Shown: one piece after another, positions 50,181 through 62,589 of the stretch
Layout: every line of letters starts with the position of its first letter
How positions within the stretch are numbered: the stretch's first letter is position 1
Origin: Callorhinchus milii
Taxonomy: Eukaryota
Reading direction: 5' to 3'
DNA length: 64,000 nt
Assembly (NCBI RefSeq): GCF_018977255.1
Contig: NW_024704742.1
Coordinates: forward strand, 62,374,001 to 62,438,000
Notes under the pieces: generated by a model
Told to the model about the DNA's origin: nothing
The model's database searches: none
Seen by the model: only the letters and a program-made list of their open reading frames with translations
Program-made: the position numbers and the translations under genes

Positions 50181-52575
50181 ACAGTGACTGACTTCTCATA
50201 GATGGAGGCAGCAGCCAATGTGTGCACATCAGTGTCCTACAAACACCCGTGAGGTGAATGAACAATTTTATCTGGAATTATGACTTCCGTCTTGTCAACA
50301 TTCAGCTGCAGAAAGTTGGTCCTCATCCAAGCCTTGATATCTGACAAGTCACCCCAAGTTAGTCGATCAGATAGGGCAAGTAGAGGAGTGGAATAGGAGG
50401 AGATCATAGAGATAGGAAGGTGCTAAGTCATTGAGGTATTTGTGAATGATTATGAAGACCTTGAAGTCACCCCACTAAGATACAGGGAGTCAGAGGACTA
50501 TTTTAAACTATGCTTGAAATTTAGAATGGGCCCTCTATATCAACATCATCTACAATGCACACAGTGAAATTCCTCATTCATTGTACAGAACTATGTTTTG
50601 CTAAAGTAGATAAATTCACAAGCTTTTGAAATAACTGAGGTTCTTAATTAATTCTAATGAGATGGGGCCACAGTTGACAATCGACTGTAATGACGATTTG
50701 TTATTATCCCTGTAGCTATTATTGCAAATTACAGAATGGGCAATGAAATTTGTTTCGTAACTTCTGAAAAGGAACGTCAACTAGGAGCTCTACCAGATAT
50801 TGATGTTAGTATTACAGCCATTTTAAAACCCTATGTGTACTTGTCATATACATACATCTGAGTGACAAAACCCCCTTTTCAATAGCAAATGGAAACATGG
50901 TAGAAAAACAGCTTTGGACTGAAATGAATATCAATATTGGGGTCAACGACACATGAGGCAAATAGCACTTCAGATGTGTCTGAGCGATGAGCCCCTGATG
51001 CTATTCTGTTTGGAGAAATCCTTCAAGCTGGGAGAGTCGAGAGAGAGGGGGAAGTGGGTCATGGCCAGTCTTGTTATCATTGATCACATTTAACATTGAT
51101 GCGGTAATTATCATTGTTGAAAATTAACACATCGCATGTCGCAATTTTCACCACAATGGGATATTTCTCTTCAGCAAGTGAGGCACTCGTTTCCTGTCAC
51201 ACTAGGTGAAAATCGCACATGTTATTTTTTGTGGGAGTTTTTTTTTAATTAATCCCAATTTTAGTTCAAGGAAACATGCACTTTAAAAAGATTTTTGCCA
51301 CATCACATAAAGGTGCAGGGCAAAAACTGAAAGACATCGTTGAGAGAAGAGGTAAACTCTGCTAAGAACAGAAAGACTTGCTTGGTTGTCATTTTCAACA
51401 TCATACGAACTTACCTTGAGTGTATTAGAGGTGCACACTCCTGGTCTGTTAATCTATTATTCTCTTTGTACTTTATGCTTTGGGTGCAGAAAGCATATCG
51501 CACTCCTCAAGGGAGTAAAGACTGCAATACTCTCAAAAAACAGCTACTCAGTTATAGCATAACTTGAAAATATTTCTTTGTATTCACCAAAACAAATAAA
51601 AAAAGCTTCTCCCCTAAGCCACATACAAACACTCTCTCATCCTTGGACTTTCTTTCCCTCTGATCCTCGACCCATAGCTGTCTCGATACAACCATCAAGC
51701 TGCTAAACGTCTGTCTCTCTTCCACTCTCTATTCACTCTCTTCTACTCTTGCTTCCCTGAAATCCAGGACTGTTTCCCACCCCACTGACTTTCCCTGGTA
51801 CAACAGTCATTCCTCCATTCCCTTAAATCCCAAACCTGAGAGCTTGAACGCAGATGGCACAAAAACTGTCCTCACAATTCATCGCCAGATGTGGCTTGAA
51901 TACCTTCGAACCTAGAGTCTCTCCCTCACACAGGCCCAAACCACATTCTACTCCCAAGGTCATTCTCTAGGCCAAAATTAATTCCAGACTCCTGTTCTCC
52001 ACTACAAATCATCTTTTCCACTTATCCCTTTAAGCTCCCTCCGACACCAAGTGTGAAGAGGTCAAAGATTTCTTCATTTTAAAATAGACAACATCTGCTT
52101 GGCTGCATTGTCTTCCCCTGTCGCCAGTCTTCCCCCTACATATTCTACGTCCCCCATATCTTTTTTCCACACTCCATGAAAAAAAACTATTGTATTGTGA
52201 ACTTCATCTAACCCACATATTCTGTTAATGTTACTACCACCTCTACCTCCTACACTCCTTTACCACATTTCTCCTTCATCCCTCCGAACCAGTATCATCC
52301 ATATGAAATCCACCACCTGCTGCCTTGGGCCCTTCCTTCCCTTTGGGGAATTGGCTCCCGCCTTCAACTACAAAAATACATTCACCACACTTTACAATAG
52401 ATCCTATCATAAGTGCTTTGAGATCTGCGAAAGCACTATATAAAATGCAAGAATTATTATTAGGAAAATAAATATATAAATAAATTATATAAATAAAAAT
52501 TAAAAAGCTGACATTTTAATCTAAACTTGAATTTACAAATGGATATTAAATTTGTTTTCATTCTGAATGCTAGCA

Positions 52576-53945
52576 AATACAATACAATACAAAATTACCT
52601 TTTAGGAGGTTAGGGAGGGAAGGAGGGTGGCCAAAGGCACGGTCAAAAAGGAGGGTCTTGAGACATGCCTTGAAAAGAGGCAAGGGAGGGAATGAGGCAA
52701 AGGAAATGTGGGATGGAGTTCCAAAGGGTGGGGCAGAGAGGCTGGAGGTCTAACTGCTGATGGTGGGGTGGGGGACATGGAGCAGGCTTGGAGCCTGCTG
52801 AGCAGAGGAAGTGTACAGGTTGATATGGAGTCACCAAGTCACAGAGGTTGTGAGTGACAAGGACGTGGAGGGCCTTGAAGGTGAAGACAAAGATTTTTAA
52901 CTCTATGCTCTGGGGGATGGGGAGCCAGTGGAGCCGGGCGAGGGTGGGGTTGACGGGGTCACAGAGCCTGGTGCGGGAGAGGACACGAGCTGCAGAGCTC
53001 TGGATGATCTTCAGCTTGTGGAAGGAAGAGTTGGGGAGGCCGACAAGGAATGAGTTGGCATAGTTGAGCCTAGTTGTGATGAATGCATGAATGAGGGTTT
53101 TGGTAGCCTGAGGGGTGACTGTGGCAGAGCCAGGCAATGTTGCGGAAGTGGAATAAGGCAGAGCGGTCATGGCGCAAATGTGGGGTAGAAAGGATAGTTG
53201 AGGGTCAAACAAGACCCCAAGGTTCTGGACTGGCTTAGTAGGGTGGAGGGTGCAACCATGGATGGTGATGCTGTCAGCGCCTGAGGTGAGGTGGCGCTGA
53301 CGGGAGCCAATCAGGAGAGCCTCAGTCTTGTTGATGTTTAGCTGGAGAAAGTTGGATCTCATCCAGGACTTGATGTCCGACAGACATTCTATCAGGACAG
53401 CAGTGGTCCTGGAACCAAGGGTGGAGAGAGATAGAGTTGGGTGTCATCCGCATACATGTGGAAGTTGACCCAATGTCTGGGGATTATGTCACCAAGAGAG
53501 AACATATATATATTGAAGAGAGGAGGGCCAAGTACACAGCCCTGAGGCTAGAGAAGAAGACATTTGTGGAGACAAAGTGGAGATGGTGTGAGAGGTAGGA
53601 TCTGAACCAGTCAAGGGCAGAATCATGAAGGTTGAGGTGAGGGGAGAGGCGGTGAATGAGGATAGAGTAGTCAGTGGTATCATCGGCAGCAGAGAAGTCA
53701 AGGAGGATGAGAAGGGAGAGGGAGCCCTGGTTACAGATGGACAGAATCACTTTGACCAGGGATGTTTCTGTACTGTGGGCAGCACGGAAACCCGATTGGA
53801 GGGGTTCGTGAAGGGAGTGGCAGGAGAGGAAGGAGTGAAGCTGGGAAGCAACGACTTGATCCAGGACCTTGGAAAAGAAAGGGAGGTTGGAGATGGGGCA
53901 GTAGTTTGAGAATAGGAATGGGTTCAGGGAAGGTTGTTTGAGGAA
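52576..53945 (-). mobile_element. L2 LINE fragment of about 1.4 kb including the RT domain
   Basis: Encodes YADDTQ (about 53437-53455), ILLDFSAA.DT.D and NFLQLNINKTEALLIG...ARLHWLPI; multiple frameshifts. Confidence 0.92.
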
Positions 53946-54934
53946 AACAATTTAAATCTCATAAATTATGTATACAAAAATCAATAGGCTGATTTATGTC
54001 ATTCCAGTGATTAATCAACTGAAATCAAGCACCCACGTATCACCCAGTAATGCATCAATACAGAAAAAGAGCACAAGCTCAAAGGCTTCCCTGGAATAAT
54101 GACCGCTACATCAAAGCAGTGAGGACTTTGTCAGTTTGCTTGAACATCTTGATCTGTGATGGCTCGCACTAGTTTGCTTTGCATACTTATGGATCTATTT
54201 GAATAATTTGTCACACACCTTGTTAAGGCAGCACTACACACACTTTAGTTGGGTTACCCATCTTTTTCATTCAAGTTCATTCACTGCCGTGGGGCTTGGA
54301 TGAAATTACTATATCTCCAAAGAGCACATGCGTAAACATAACTTTGAAAATCAAATTGGCGAATGCCCATTTCCAGCTTCCAGCTAAGTATTAGAAATAG
54401 AGAACTTGCATTTCCCATTCCACCTTATCAAGCTTAAAGCGTCTCAAATGCAAGTAATTACTGTCAAGTGTACAAGATCCTGCAAACAACCATGAGATAA
54501 TTGACCAATTAATCCGAGGAGTGTTGGCCAACACATGGGAGAAACTCACATTTCGAATAGTGTGGAGGGATCTTTAACTTCTACTTGAACAGAAAGTTGG
54601 GACCTTGTATTAATGTGACAAATGTAATTTTGTTGTTATTGTCATTCAAAAGTCAGCATTTTTGACAATTTTTTTGATTAATAATTAAACCAATTAAAGA
54701 ATTAAACCAGCATGTCTGCCAATTTTAAAAGATGTAACTGGAAAAATAAATTGATACAGAGAACTTCTGTTCTTTTGTTTTTGAATCATTTACTTCCATT
54801 AAGAATAATAATCTTTGCCTTGAGGAATTTCATACCCACACAGTGTTAGACAATGAACCTTCAGTTTACTTCAGGCATAACCTTTCAATTAGATCTTCCT
54901 TCATTCTTCAATGAGATTGGAAGGGTGCATCATT

Positions 54935-55260
54935 GCTCCACGAATAGTCCAGTGAATAAATGTACCACTGAACTGTAGAGACCAGAAAATCACACGTTTG
55001 GTTTGTGGGCAGTCAAGTCAGTGAAAGCAGCAGTTGATTTTATACAATTGATGTTAACAGCCCTGGGCTAGAGAGGGGGAAAACAATAGTTGGGAATCCT
55101 GCTTCTGATTGCTGCTCGAAAGGGACTTTATGAACGCAAACTCATTATTATCATTATGCAGTGACTCCCTGCCTAAAAGTGTGGTTGTGTGTGTGGTGAG
55201 AACAATATTAACTTTTCTGTGATGCCCCTAATAGTCAATAGCCAGCTATAATACTGTCAT
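54935..55260 (+). mobile_element. AmnSINE2-like ancient SINE, second copy
   Basis: ccctgggctagagagggggaaaacaat...tcctgcttctgattgct...cagtgactccctgcctaaaagtg...ctgtgatgcccc aligns by eye with 39330-39460. Confidence 0.55.
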
Positions 55261-55319
55261 TCTATGATTCTAATATTCAGTGGCATCTAGAAGCTCTCCA
55301 GCAGTGTCGCAGTTGTGTT

Positions 55320-56146
55320 GCTGACTTGCCCGCGCCAGCGCCTCCGCACCTCAGGCGCTGGCAACATCAGCATCCACGGCTGCACACTCAACCTCACTAA
55401 GCCAGTCAGGAACCTGGGTATCTTGTTTGTCCATGAACTGTCCTTTCTCCTCCACATCCGCGCCATGACCGGCACTGCTTACCACCACCTCCGCAATATT
55501 GCCAGACTCCGCCTCACCCCTCAGGCTGCCAAAACGCTTACCCATGCATTCGTCACATCAAGGCTCGATTACGGGAACTCCCTTCTCATCGGCCTTCCCA
55601 ACTCTTCCCTTCACAAGCTGCAGATCATCCAAAACTCTGCAGCTCATGTACTCTCACAAACCAGGCTCCGTGACCCCATGACTCCCACCCTCGCCCGACT
55701 CCACTGGCTCCCCATCCCCCAGAGGATCGAGTTCAAGATTCTCATCCTCACCTTTAAGGCCATCCATGGCCTTGCCCCCTCCTACCTCTCTGACCTGCTG
55801 ACTCGCTACCAACTTGCCCGCTCCCTCCGCTCATCAGGCTCCGGCCTGCTCCATGTCTCCCACCTGACCCGCCCTACCATCGGTGGTCAGGATTTCGGCC
55901 TCTTTGCCCCCACACTCTGGAATTCCATCCCATGGTCCATTCGCCTTGCTTCCTCCCTTGCATCCACAAGATCTCAAGACCCTTCTCTTCGACCGTGCCT
56001 TTGGTCTCTCTCCCACCTCTCTGCCTTTCCTCACCTCTACACCACCCCTCCTCCTTGCTCGGGCCCCGACACCTGACTGTTCAGCGCTTTGCGACGTCTT
56101 CCCGACGTGAAAGGTGCTCTATAAATTTAATTTTGTTGTTGTTGTT
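55320..56146 (+). mobile_element. L2 LINE 3' fragment
   Basis: The 253-aa ORF encodes the L2 ORF2 C-terminus (HAFVTSRLDYGNSLLIGLP...LWNSIP); tail of ttg repeats. Confidence 0.92.
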
Positions 56147-57074
56147 GCAGGAAAAAGTTCCCATGAACACAAAACAAACAGAGGCTTCTCCAGGGAATCC
56201 TTTGTAAGACTCGAAAGACATGGGCACAAATGACATCACAAGATCACAAGATTGGTTTGGATGAAGAAGGCCCTTCTGATCTCATAGAATACCCACCGTA
56301 TCATCCCTCCCACCACATCATCAAGCTCCTTTTTAAATGAGTCCAGTGTCCTGGCCTCTGCCATCTCAGCTATGTGCTCAATTCTTGCAAGTCTTTGTCA
56401 GTTACAAATTAGTCGGAAGGGAACTGGGTAAGCACTGGTGCAGTGTAATGAATATTGAGGTGGGGAAATAGCTGGAAAGTGGAATTAATCAAGAGAAAGG
56501 GCAACCTGCAAAATGTGGATGACATTGACACAGACAAGGTGGGCTGAATGGACCTCTTTTAGGCAGTACAGGAGGAGGTGAGTGGGAATGCCTGGAGAAA
56601 ATGGTTTACATTGTGGGCTCTTTTTTCAGTGGAAATACAGAAGTGATGCTATCTGACTGTTTTTCAAAAAATACCTCTCAGATTATAGTGGTCGAAGAAA
56701 AAAGTCTTGAGGTGTGATTTGAAGATGGGCAAAGAGGGGATAAGATGGACTGATTGAGGTAGGGAGTTCCAGAGATTTGGAGCACAGTGGTTGAAAGCAC
56801 AGCCAACAACGGTGGAGCAGAGGGCGAGGGACATGCAAAAGACTTGAGCCAGTTGAGGAAAGGGCAGTGGGTGGTGGGGGAGGGAGGGAGGGAGGTGCCA
56901 GGGCATTAATCAATTCACAATCATTCTTAACCAGTTTTCTATAAAGTGTCAGTCTACAGTTACTTAGCCTGAGTCTTTATTTAGAGTTAAAATTATGTCC
57001 AAACACTCCACATCAGGACTATATCAAGTCGATTTACTTGTTTTCCACACTGGCAAGTGCTAGCTGGGTGCCAA

Positions 57075-57295
57075 CCATAGAATCATAGAATTATACAGCA
57101 CAGAAGGAGGCTATTCAGCCCATCATGTCTATGGCGGCTCTTTGAAAAGAGCTATCCAAATCAATACCCCATAGCCCTGCAAACTTGTCCTCCCCAAATA
57201 ATCATCTACTTCTCTCTTAAAAGTTTTTATCAAATTGGCTTCCACCATCCTTTCAGGCAATGCATTCTAGATCTGAACAACTCACTGTATGAAAA
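57075..57295 (-). mobile_element. CR1 LINE 3' end
   Basis: catagaatcatagaattatacagcacagaaggagg is the reverse of the CR1 terminal repeat (ttctatga)n. Confidence 0.82.
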
Positions 57296-58289
57296 CCAGG
57301 TGGCGTGGCTGTGTGGTTCAAAAGACAAGGAGCACTGTGCTGACAGTGAGCATTGATTAAAGAACTGTTTGTGAGTGTTGTGCTATCCATTCCTTGTGCT
57401 AATTAACATGGTAAAGAAACTTTTACAGGTTAAGAATGATTGTGAATTGATTCATGCCCTGGCACCTTCCTCCCTCACGTTCCTATGTTTCTAGGAGATT
57501 GTGTTTTGAGGCTCGCTCGTGCTACAATGATCATTCTTCCTTGTGGCTCTGAGAGGCTTCTTCATCCCTCCAAGATCCTGTGAACATTCACAGCAACCTT
57601 CAGTTTTGGTCTTGATTGACTTTTCCTTACATAAACCTGTCAGCAACCATGGGACTGGGGCTTGTTTCATTGCGTTTGTATGTAAGACGTAACTGGACAG
57701 CTTCAAGGCAAAATTCTCCACAGACATACTCCACTAAATTGGCTCTCTGTCTATTCAAGTTTGAAGGATGTTAACCAGCCTAGTTACACAGTGAAAGGTT
57801 GGCTGATTTCTCAATTCTACTGTTTTTGTGTTGGCAAGCCTCCAGCTCACTGAAAAATTCTTCCCTGCCAAAAGTTTCTGTTGACTGATCTCCATCCTAC
57901 CGTCTTCAGGGTGTATTTTCTGCTGAATTTGCCTGCTTGGCTATATTATATGTTTTTTTTATAAGCATTCGCCCCATTGAATTTAGCACTGGCTTTCTTC
58001 AAATGAGTGTAAAACCCAACGACATCCGTCAGCAGAAAAGCTGCCCAAAGGCCCTTTAACTCACTATTCTTTGCAGTGAAGAACATACGTTTCTTGCCAA
58101 GATGTGTTCCATTTACTTTACTGGTGAACGATCAACTGGAAATGTGCAGAAATGACCAGATAGAGACATTTAAATGTCCACTTTCAGGAATAACTTACTT
58201 AAATGACAACATTTATGTGATATGTGTTGTAGTACTAAAAATCCTTTTATGATGCATTTGACATAATACCGCCTCACACCGCCTGCGCT

Positions 58290-59310
58290 TCATCTCCTCA
58301 AACTGCTTCTCCTCTAGCCCTGGACCGACTCATGTGGCATCCCTCAGGACTCTGTCCTTGGTCCCCTCCTCTTCAATATCTATATGCTCCCTCTTGGTGA
58401 CATCATCCACAGACATGGGGTCAACTTCCACATGTTTGCGGATGACACCCAACTCTATCTCTCTCCACCCTTGATTCCAGGACCACTGCTCTCCTGACAG
58501 AATGTCTTGTCAGACAGCAAGTCCTGAATGAGAGCTAACTTTCTTAGTTGAACTTCAACAAGACCGAGGCTCTCCTGATTGGCTCCTGTCAGCACCTCCA
58601 CACCTCAGGCGCTGACAGCATCACCATCCATGGTTGCACTCTCCACCTTACTAAGCCAGTCCAGAACCTTGGGGTCTTGTTTGATCCTCAACTATCCTTT
58701 CTATCCCACATCTGCGCCATGACCTGCTCTGCCTTCCCCCACCTTCGCAACGTCCCCCGGCTCTGACACTGCCTCACAACACAGGCCGCCGAAATCCTTT
58801 TCATGCCTTCATTACATTGAGGCTCGACTATGCAAACTCGCTGCTTGTCGGCCTCCCAAACTCCTCCCTCCACAGGCTGCAGATCATCCAGAACTCTGCA
58901 GCCCCTGTCCTCTCCCGCACTAGACTCTGTTACCCTATCACCCCTATTCTTGCCCAGTTTCACTGGCTTCCCATCATGCAGAGGATACAGTTCAAGATCC
59001 TGGTCCTCACCTTCAAAGCCCTACACGATCTTGCTCTCCCCTACCTCTCTGGCCTCCTAATCCCTACCACCCTGATCGCTCCCTCCACTCACGTCCCCCA
59101 CCTTGTTTGCCCCACTATTGGCGGGTGGGCCTTCCGCCACTCTGCACCCACCCTCTGCAGCTCCAGCCCGCAGTCCCTCCATCTTGCCCCCTCCCTCGCC
59201 ACCTTCAAAACCCACCTCAAGACCCTCCTCTTCGACCGTTCTTTCGATCTCCCTGCTTCCCCACCTGCCCTCCACCTTCCCCCATCCCGACCCTCAGTTT
59301 GGGTCCGTAA
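58290..59310 (+). mobile_element. L2 LINE fragment including the RT motif
   Basis: Encodes [15 protein letters not shown] and FADDTQ (about 58435-58452), then the ORF2 C-terminus with stops and frameshifts. Confidence 0.9.
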
Positions 59311-59329
59311 CTCTATCTGTCCAGTGCCT

Positions 59330-60194
59330 TAAGACGAGACACAACTTTCTTCAGCTCAATGTGCGCAAAACTGAGGCCCTCCTGATTGGCTCGAGTCAGC
59401 GCCTCCGCACCTCAGGCGCTGACAGCATCAGCTTCCAAGGCTGCACTCTCCACCTCTGAAAGCCAGTCAGGAACCTCGGGGTTCTGTTCGACCCTTTCTT
59501 CCCCACATCCGCGCCACAACTGGCTCTGCCTTCCACCACCTCTGGAACATCGCCAGACTATGGCACTACCTCACCCCTCATGCTGCTGAAACACTGGTCC
59601 ACGCCTTTATCGCCTCATGGCTGGACTACTGGAATTCTCTCCTCACCGGCCTTCCCGGCACCTCCCTCCACAAGCTACAGGTCATTCAGAACTCTGCAGC
59701 TCGTGTACTGTCCCGCACCAGGACCACATCACTCCCACCCTCGCTCGCCTCCACTGGCTCCCCATCCCCCAGAGGATCGAATTCAAAATCCTCATCCTCA
59801 CATACAAGGCCATTCATGGCCTTGCACCCTCCTACCTCTCCGACCTACTATCCCCTACTTACCTGCCCATACCCTCCGTTCCTCTGGCTCCGGTCTGCCA
59901 TCGGTCATCGGTGGCCGGGCTTTCAGCCTCTCAGCCCCTAGGCTCTGGAACTCCATCCCCCAGTGCCTTCGCCTTGCCTCCTCCCTTTCCTCCTTCAAGG
60001 CCGGTCTCAAGACCTTTCTCTTCGACAATGCCTTCAGCTCCCCTCTCGACTCTCTACCCCCTCCTCGCTTCCTCCCTTCCCTCCCTTCACCCTGACCATT
60101 TCCCCCCTTCTCAGGTCCCGACCCAACTGTCCAGCACCTTGGGGCGTCCTCCCGACGTGAAAGGCGCTCTATAAATGCAATCATGTTGTTGTTG
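59330..60194 (+). mobile_element. L2 LINE 3' fragment, same subfamily as 1138-1858
   Basis: Directly follows the previous L2 copy. It shares the diagnostic short deletion cccgcaccaggaccacatcactccc and the 3' UTR with the copy at 1138-1858. Confidence 0.92.
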
Positions 60195-60224
60195 GGACAT
60201 CCTCCTGACATGAAATGTAATTTT

Positions 60225-60590
60225 TGTTGTTGTTGTTATTGCATTATCGAGATGTCTCAAAATACTTCACAGGATTTACTGTACTGCGACTGTGTATTTT
60301 ATAGGTGAACACAGCAGCCAATTTACCAACAGCAGTGTGCCTCAAACATCCGTGAGGTGAATGACCAAGTTTCTCTGTGAAATTGTTGGCCAGGATACTG
60401 GGAGAATCTCCCTTCTCTTTTTGGATGGTGCCATGGAATCTTTATCTCTCGTCTGAACAGGCAGATGGGGCCTCAATTTCAAATCTTATTCGAAGGACTG
60501 CAGCTCCACCAGTGCAGAGCTCCCCAGCACAGTATTGGAGTGTCAGTGCAGTCTGTGAATTCCAAGTCTTGATGTGGTGCTTGATGCAAT
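60225..60590 (-). mobile_element. DeuSINE (SacSINE1-like)
   Basis: Reverse of gaggccccatctgcctgttcagacgagagataaagattccatggcacc...ccagtatcctggccaacaat. Confidence 0.75.
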
Positions 60591-60609
60591 GAAAATCTCT
60601 TTTCAGTGA

Positions 60610-60770
60610 TTCTGAGGGTCATTATGCAGAATAAATTTAATCTGTCTCAGTTTGGTTCCTAGTGGCCGTGAATGACAGCACAAACCTTCTCTAAATCAGC
60701 ACTAATTGGCACGAATAGGAGGTCTCAGTCACTCAGAGGCAATGAGAATGCCTTATGTCTGAATGGAGTG
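60610..60770 (+). mobile_element. Possible LF-SINE-like remnant
   Basis: gtctcagtttggttcctagtgg...cagcactaattggcac...ggtctcag...agaggc resembles the LF-SINE central region as I recall it. Confidence 0.45.
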
Positions 60771-61269
60771 GTGCAAATCTGCTGCATATAGAAGTAGCCT
60801 TCTCAGGTTAATGATAATAATAATCTTTGCTTTTGATGGAGCATCTTATCACATCGTCGAGACACCATCAGTATAATCTAGGGCTAGGCTACTACTCCAT
60901 TGCAGTTCTTGTGGTGTGCTGCATTGTTTGAGGTGCTGTCTTGTATGGAAATCAAAGGAAATGTAAGGAAAATGTAGGAATTCTTTCACTTTCTGTGCAT
61001 CCTTAACCAGGGTTGAATTCATGATACAATACAACACAACACAATTTATACTGATTTTTAACTTCAGGAGGATGTCTCAAAGTGGTTGACAATGCCGGCT
61101 GGGCAAGTAGGCAGGCTAACCCCCCTAGAGGTGGCTAACTCATGTAGAAACCATTACTGGGGTACAGTAAATTGATGGGGACAATGTTGAGGAATACTTC
61201 TTTACAATGCGATCTGTGCATGATCACCGGGCCACTGAGTGCAAGTAGAGAAATAACTTATTCCTCAGA

Positions 61270-61559
61270 ACCCGAAGCTCAGTGGTTAGAGCGCTCGCCT
61301 TGCAAGCGAGAGACCTGAGTTCAATTCCAGGCAGGGCGAAATCTTGGGCAAGTTTCCTTACTCCACACACCTAATAATAATCCCTCCAAAACAATAATAA
61401 ATTGGTCATTTTCAATCCATGACTGTTTGTGGGACACTGCTGTGCGCTATTGGCTGCCGCGTTCGCCCACAAATATACAGTCAATTCACTTTACAGTCTA
61501 TTCTGTGAAGCGCTTTGGGACGTCCTCCCGACGTGAAAAGCGCTATATCAAATGCAAGG

Positions 61560-61609
<50 letters not shown>
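61270..61609 (+). mobile_element. Young SINE family A copy with a central deletion and a long pure (TTA)n tail
   Basis: agctcagtggttagagcgctcgccttgcaagcgagagacctgagttcaattccaggcagggcg; CpGs are retained; about 16 uninterrupted TTA units. Confidence 0.9.
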
Positions 61610-61610
<1 letters not shown>

Positions 61611-61889
61611 ACAGCAAATTCTTATGTCTAGCCTTGATTTTGAAACAGCTTTTGAGTAGGCTCTTTTACGGTCACAAAATAAAAACTGAACTGAAGAATT
61701 TGCCAAATTCTGCACACTTTGAAATGCTAAGTAAATAGTCTAAGGCTAGACACAGGTGGAATTTCTCTCCGATCTCCAAAGGTACTTAAGAAAAAATGTC
61801 TGCATATTCATTGTAGAAAGCCCCCTAGAGGTGGTGTTCACTGAATCGTTGCTCACAATATCCATACCGTGTGAGGCAGCAATAAATAA

Positions 61890-62222
61890 ATAAATAAATA
61901 AAGCAAACAGCTACATTGCCAAATTGGTTGAGTTCTCATTCCCAATAAGTTATGTTCACACTGTACAGTGCTCTGATCATGCTGCACTTGAAGTGCATGT
62001 CTCATCAGCACAACATAAGTGGGTTTCCAGGTCGTAGAGGCAGGAGAACAATGAAGCTGATCCGCACGGTTACAGGAATGAGTTATAAGGAACACCTAGA
62101 TAAAGTAGGGCTCTTCAATTTTGAAGAGAGACATCTCTAAAGATGACCTTATAGGTATATATAAGCTGCTTACAAGGATAGAGGAAGCAATATGTCAATA
62201 GAACAGGACTAGAGGGCACAGT
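61890..62222 (+). mobile_element. CR1 LINE ORF2 C-terminal fragment
   Basis: Encodes RRTMKLIRTVTGMSYKEHLDKVGLFNFEERHL and ends ggactagagggcacag (TRGH). Confidence 0.75.
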
Positions 62223-62589
62223 CAATAATTTACAGGCTCAAGCAATCTGATAACATTTACTATCCTACAGTCATCAAGTACATTTCCAATGTTTATGGAA
62301 CTCCTAAAATTGTTAACCAGAGCTTATTTTCTTTTACATTTGCTTCTAGCATGTATCCTTTCTGGGATGGTTAATTTGTGAACACTTAATTTTTTGAGTT
62401 TCTTTGTAACACATGCTTGACTGATATTTTACTTGCTGTAAACATACAAGAGCCAAAACAACTGGTTCTGAATATTGATCCACACCCTTCATTTCTGAAA
62501 ATTATGGTCAATGATCAATTTCACACATCTAGCATTCTCACAATTTGTGGTATTTCTTAATGGGATTCCCTAAATAAAGAATCACTCAA

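Noticed and set aside
51413..51447. Possible minus-strand micro-exon ending CTCAAG|gtaagt
   Set aside because: The donor is strong, but the upstream AG has no polypyrimidine tract and the sequence does not resemble the expected upstream GALNTL6 peptide.
55315..56076. Long ORFs over L2 copies (also 52643-53362, 1238-1861, 58817-59332, 59580-60174)
   Set aside because: They are 5'-truncated, frameshifted LINE ORF2 remnants, not host genes or intact elements.
61270..61340. tRNA-like sequences (also at 4500, 8977 and 48184)
   Set aside because: They continue directly into SINE bodies with no Pol III terminator after the cloverleaf, and the anticodon varies between copies. They are SINE heads, not tRNA genes.
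62206..62221. CTCF-like ggactagagggcac
   Set aside because: It is the TRGH-coding part of a CR1 fragment and lacks the leading CC of the motif.
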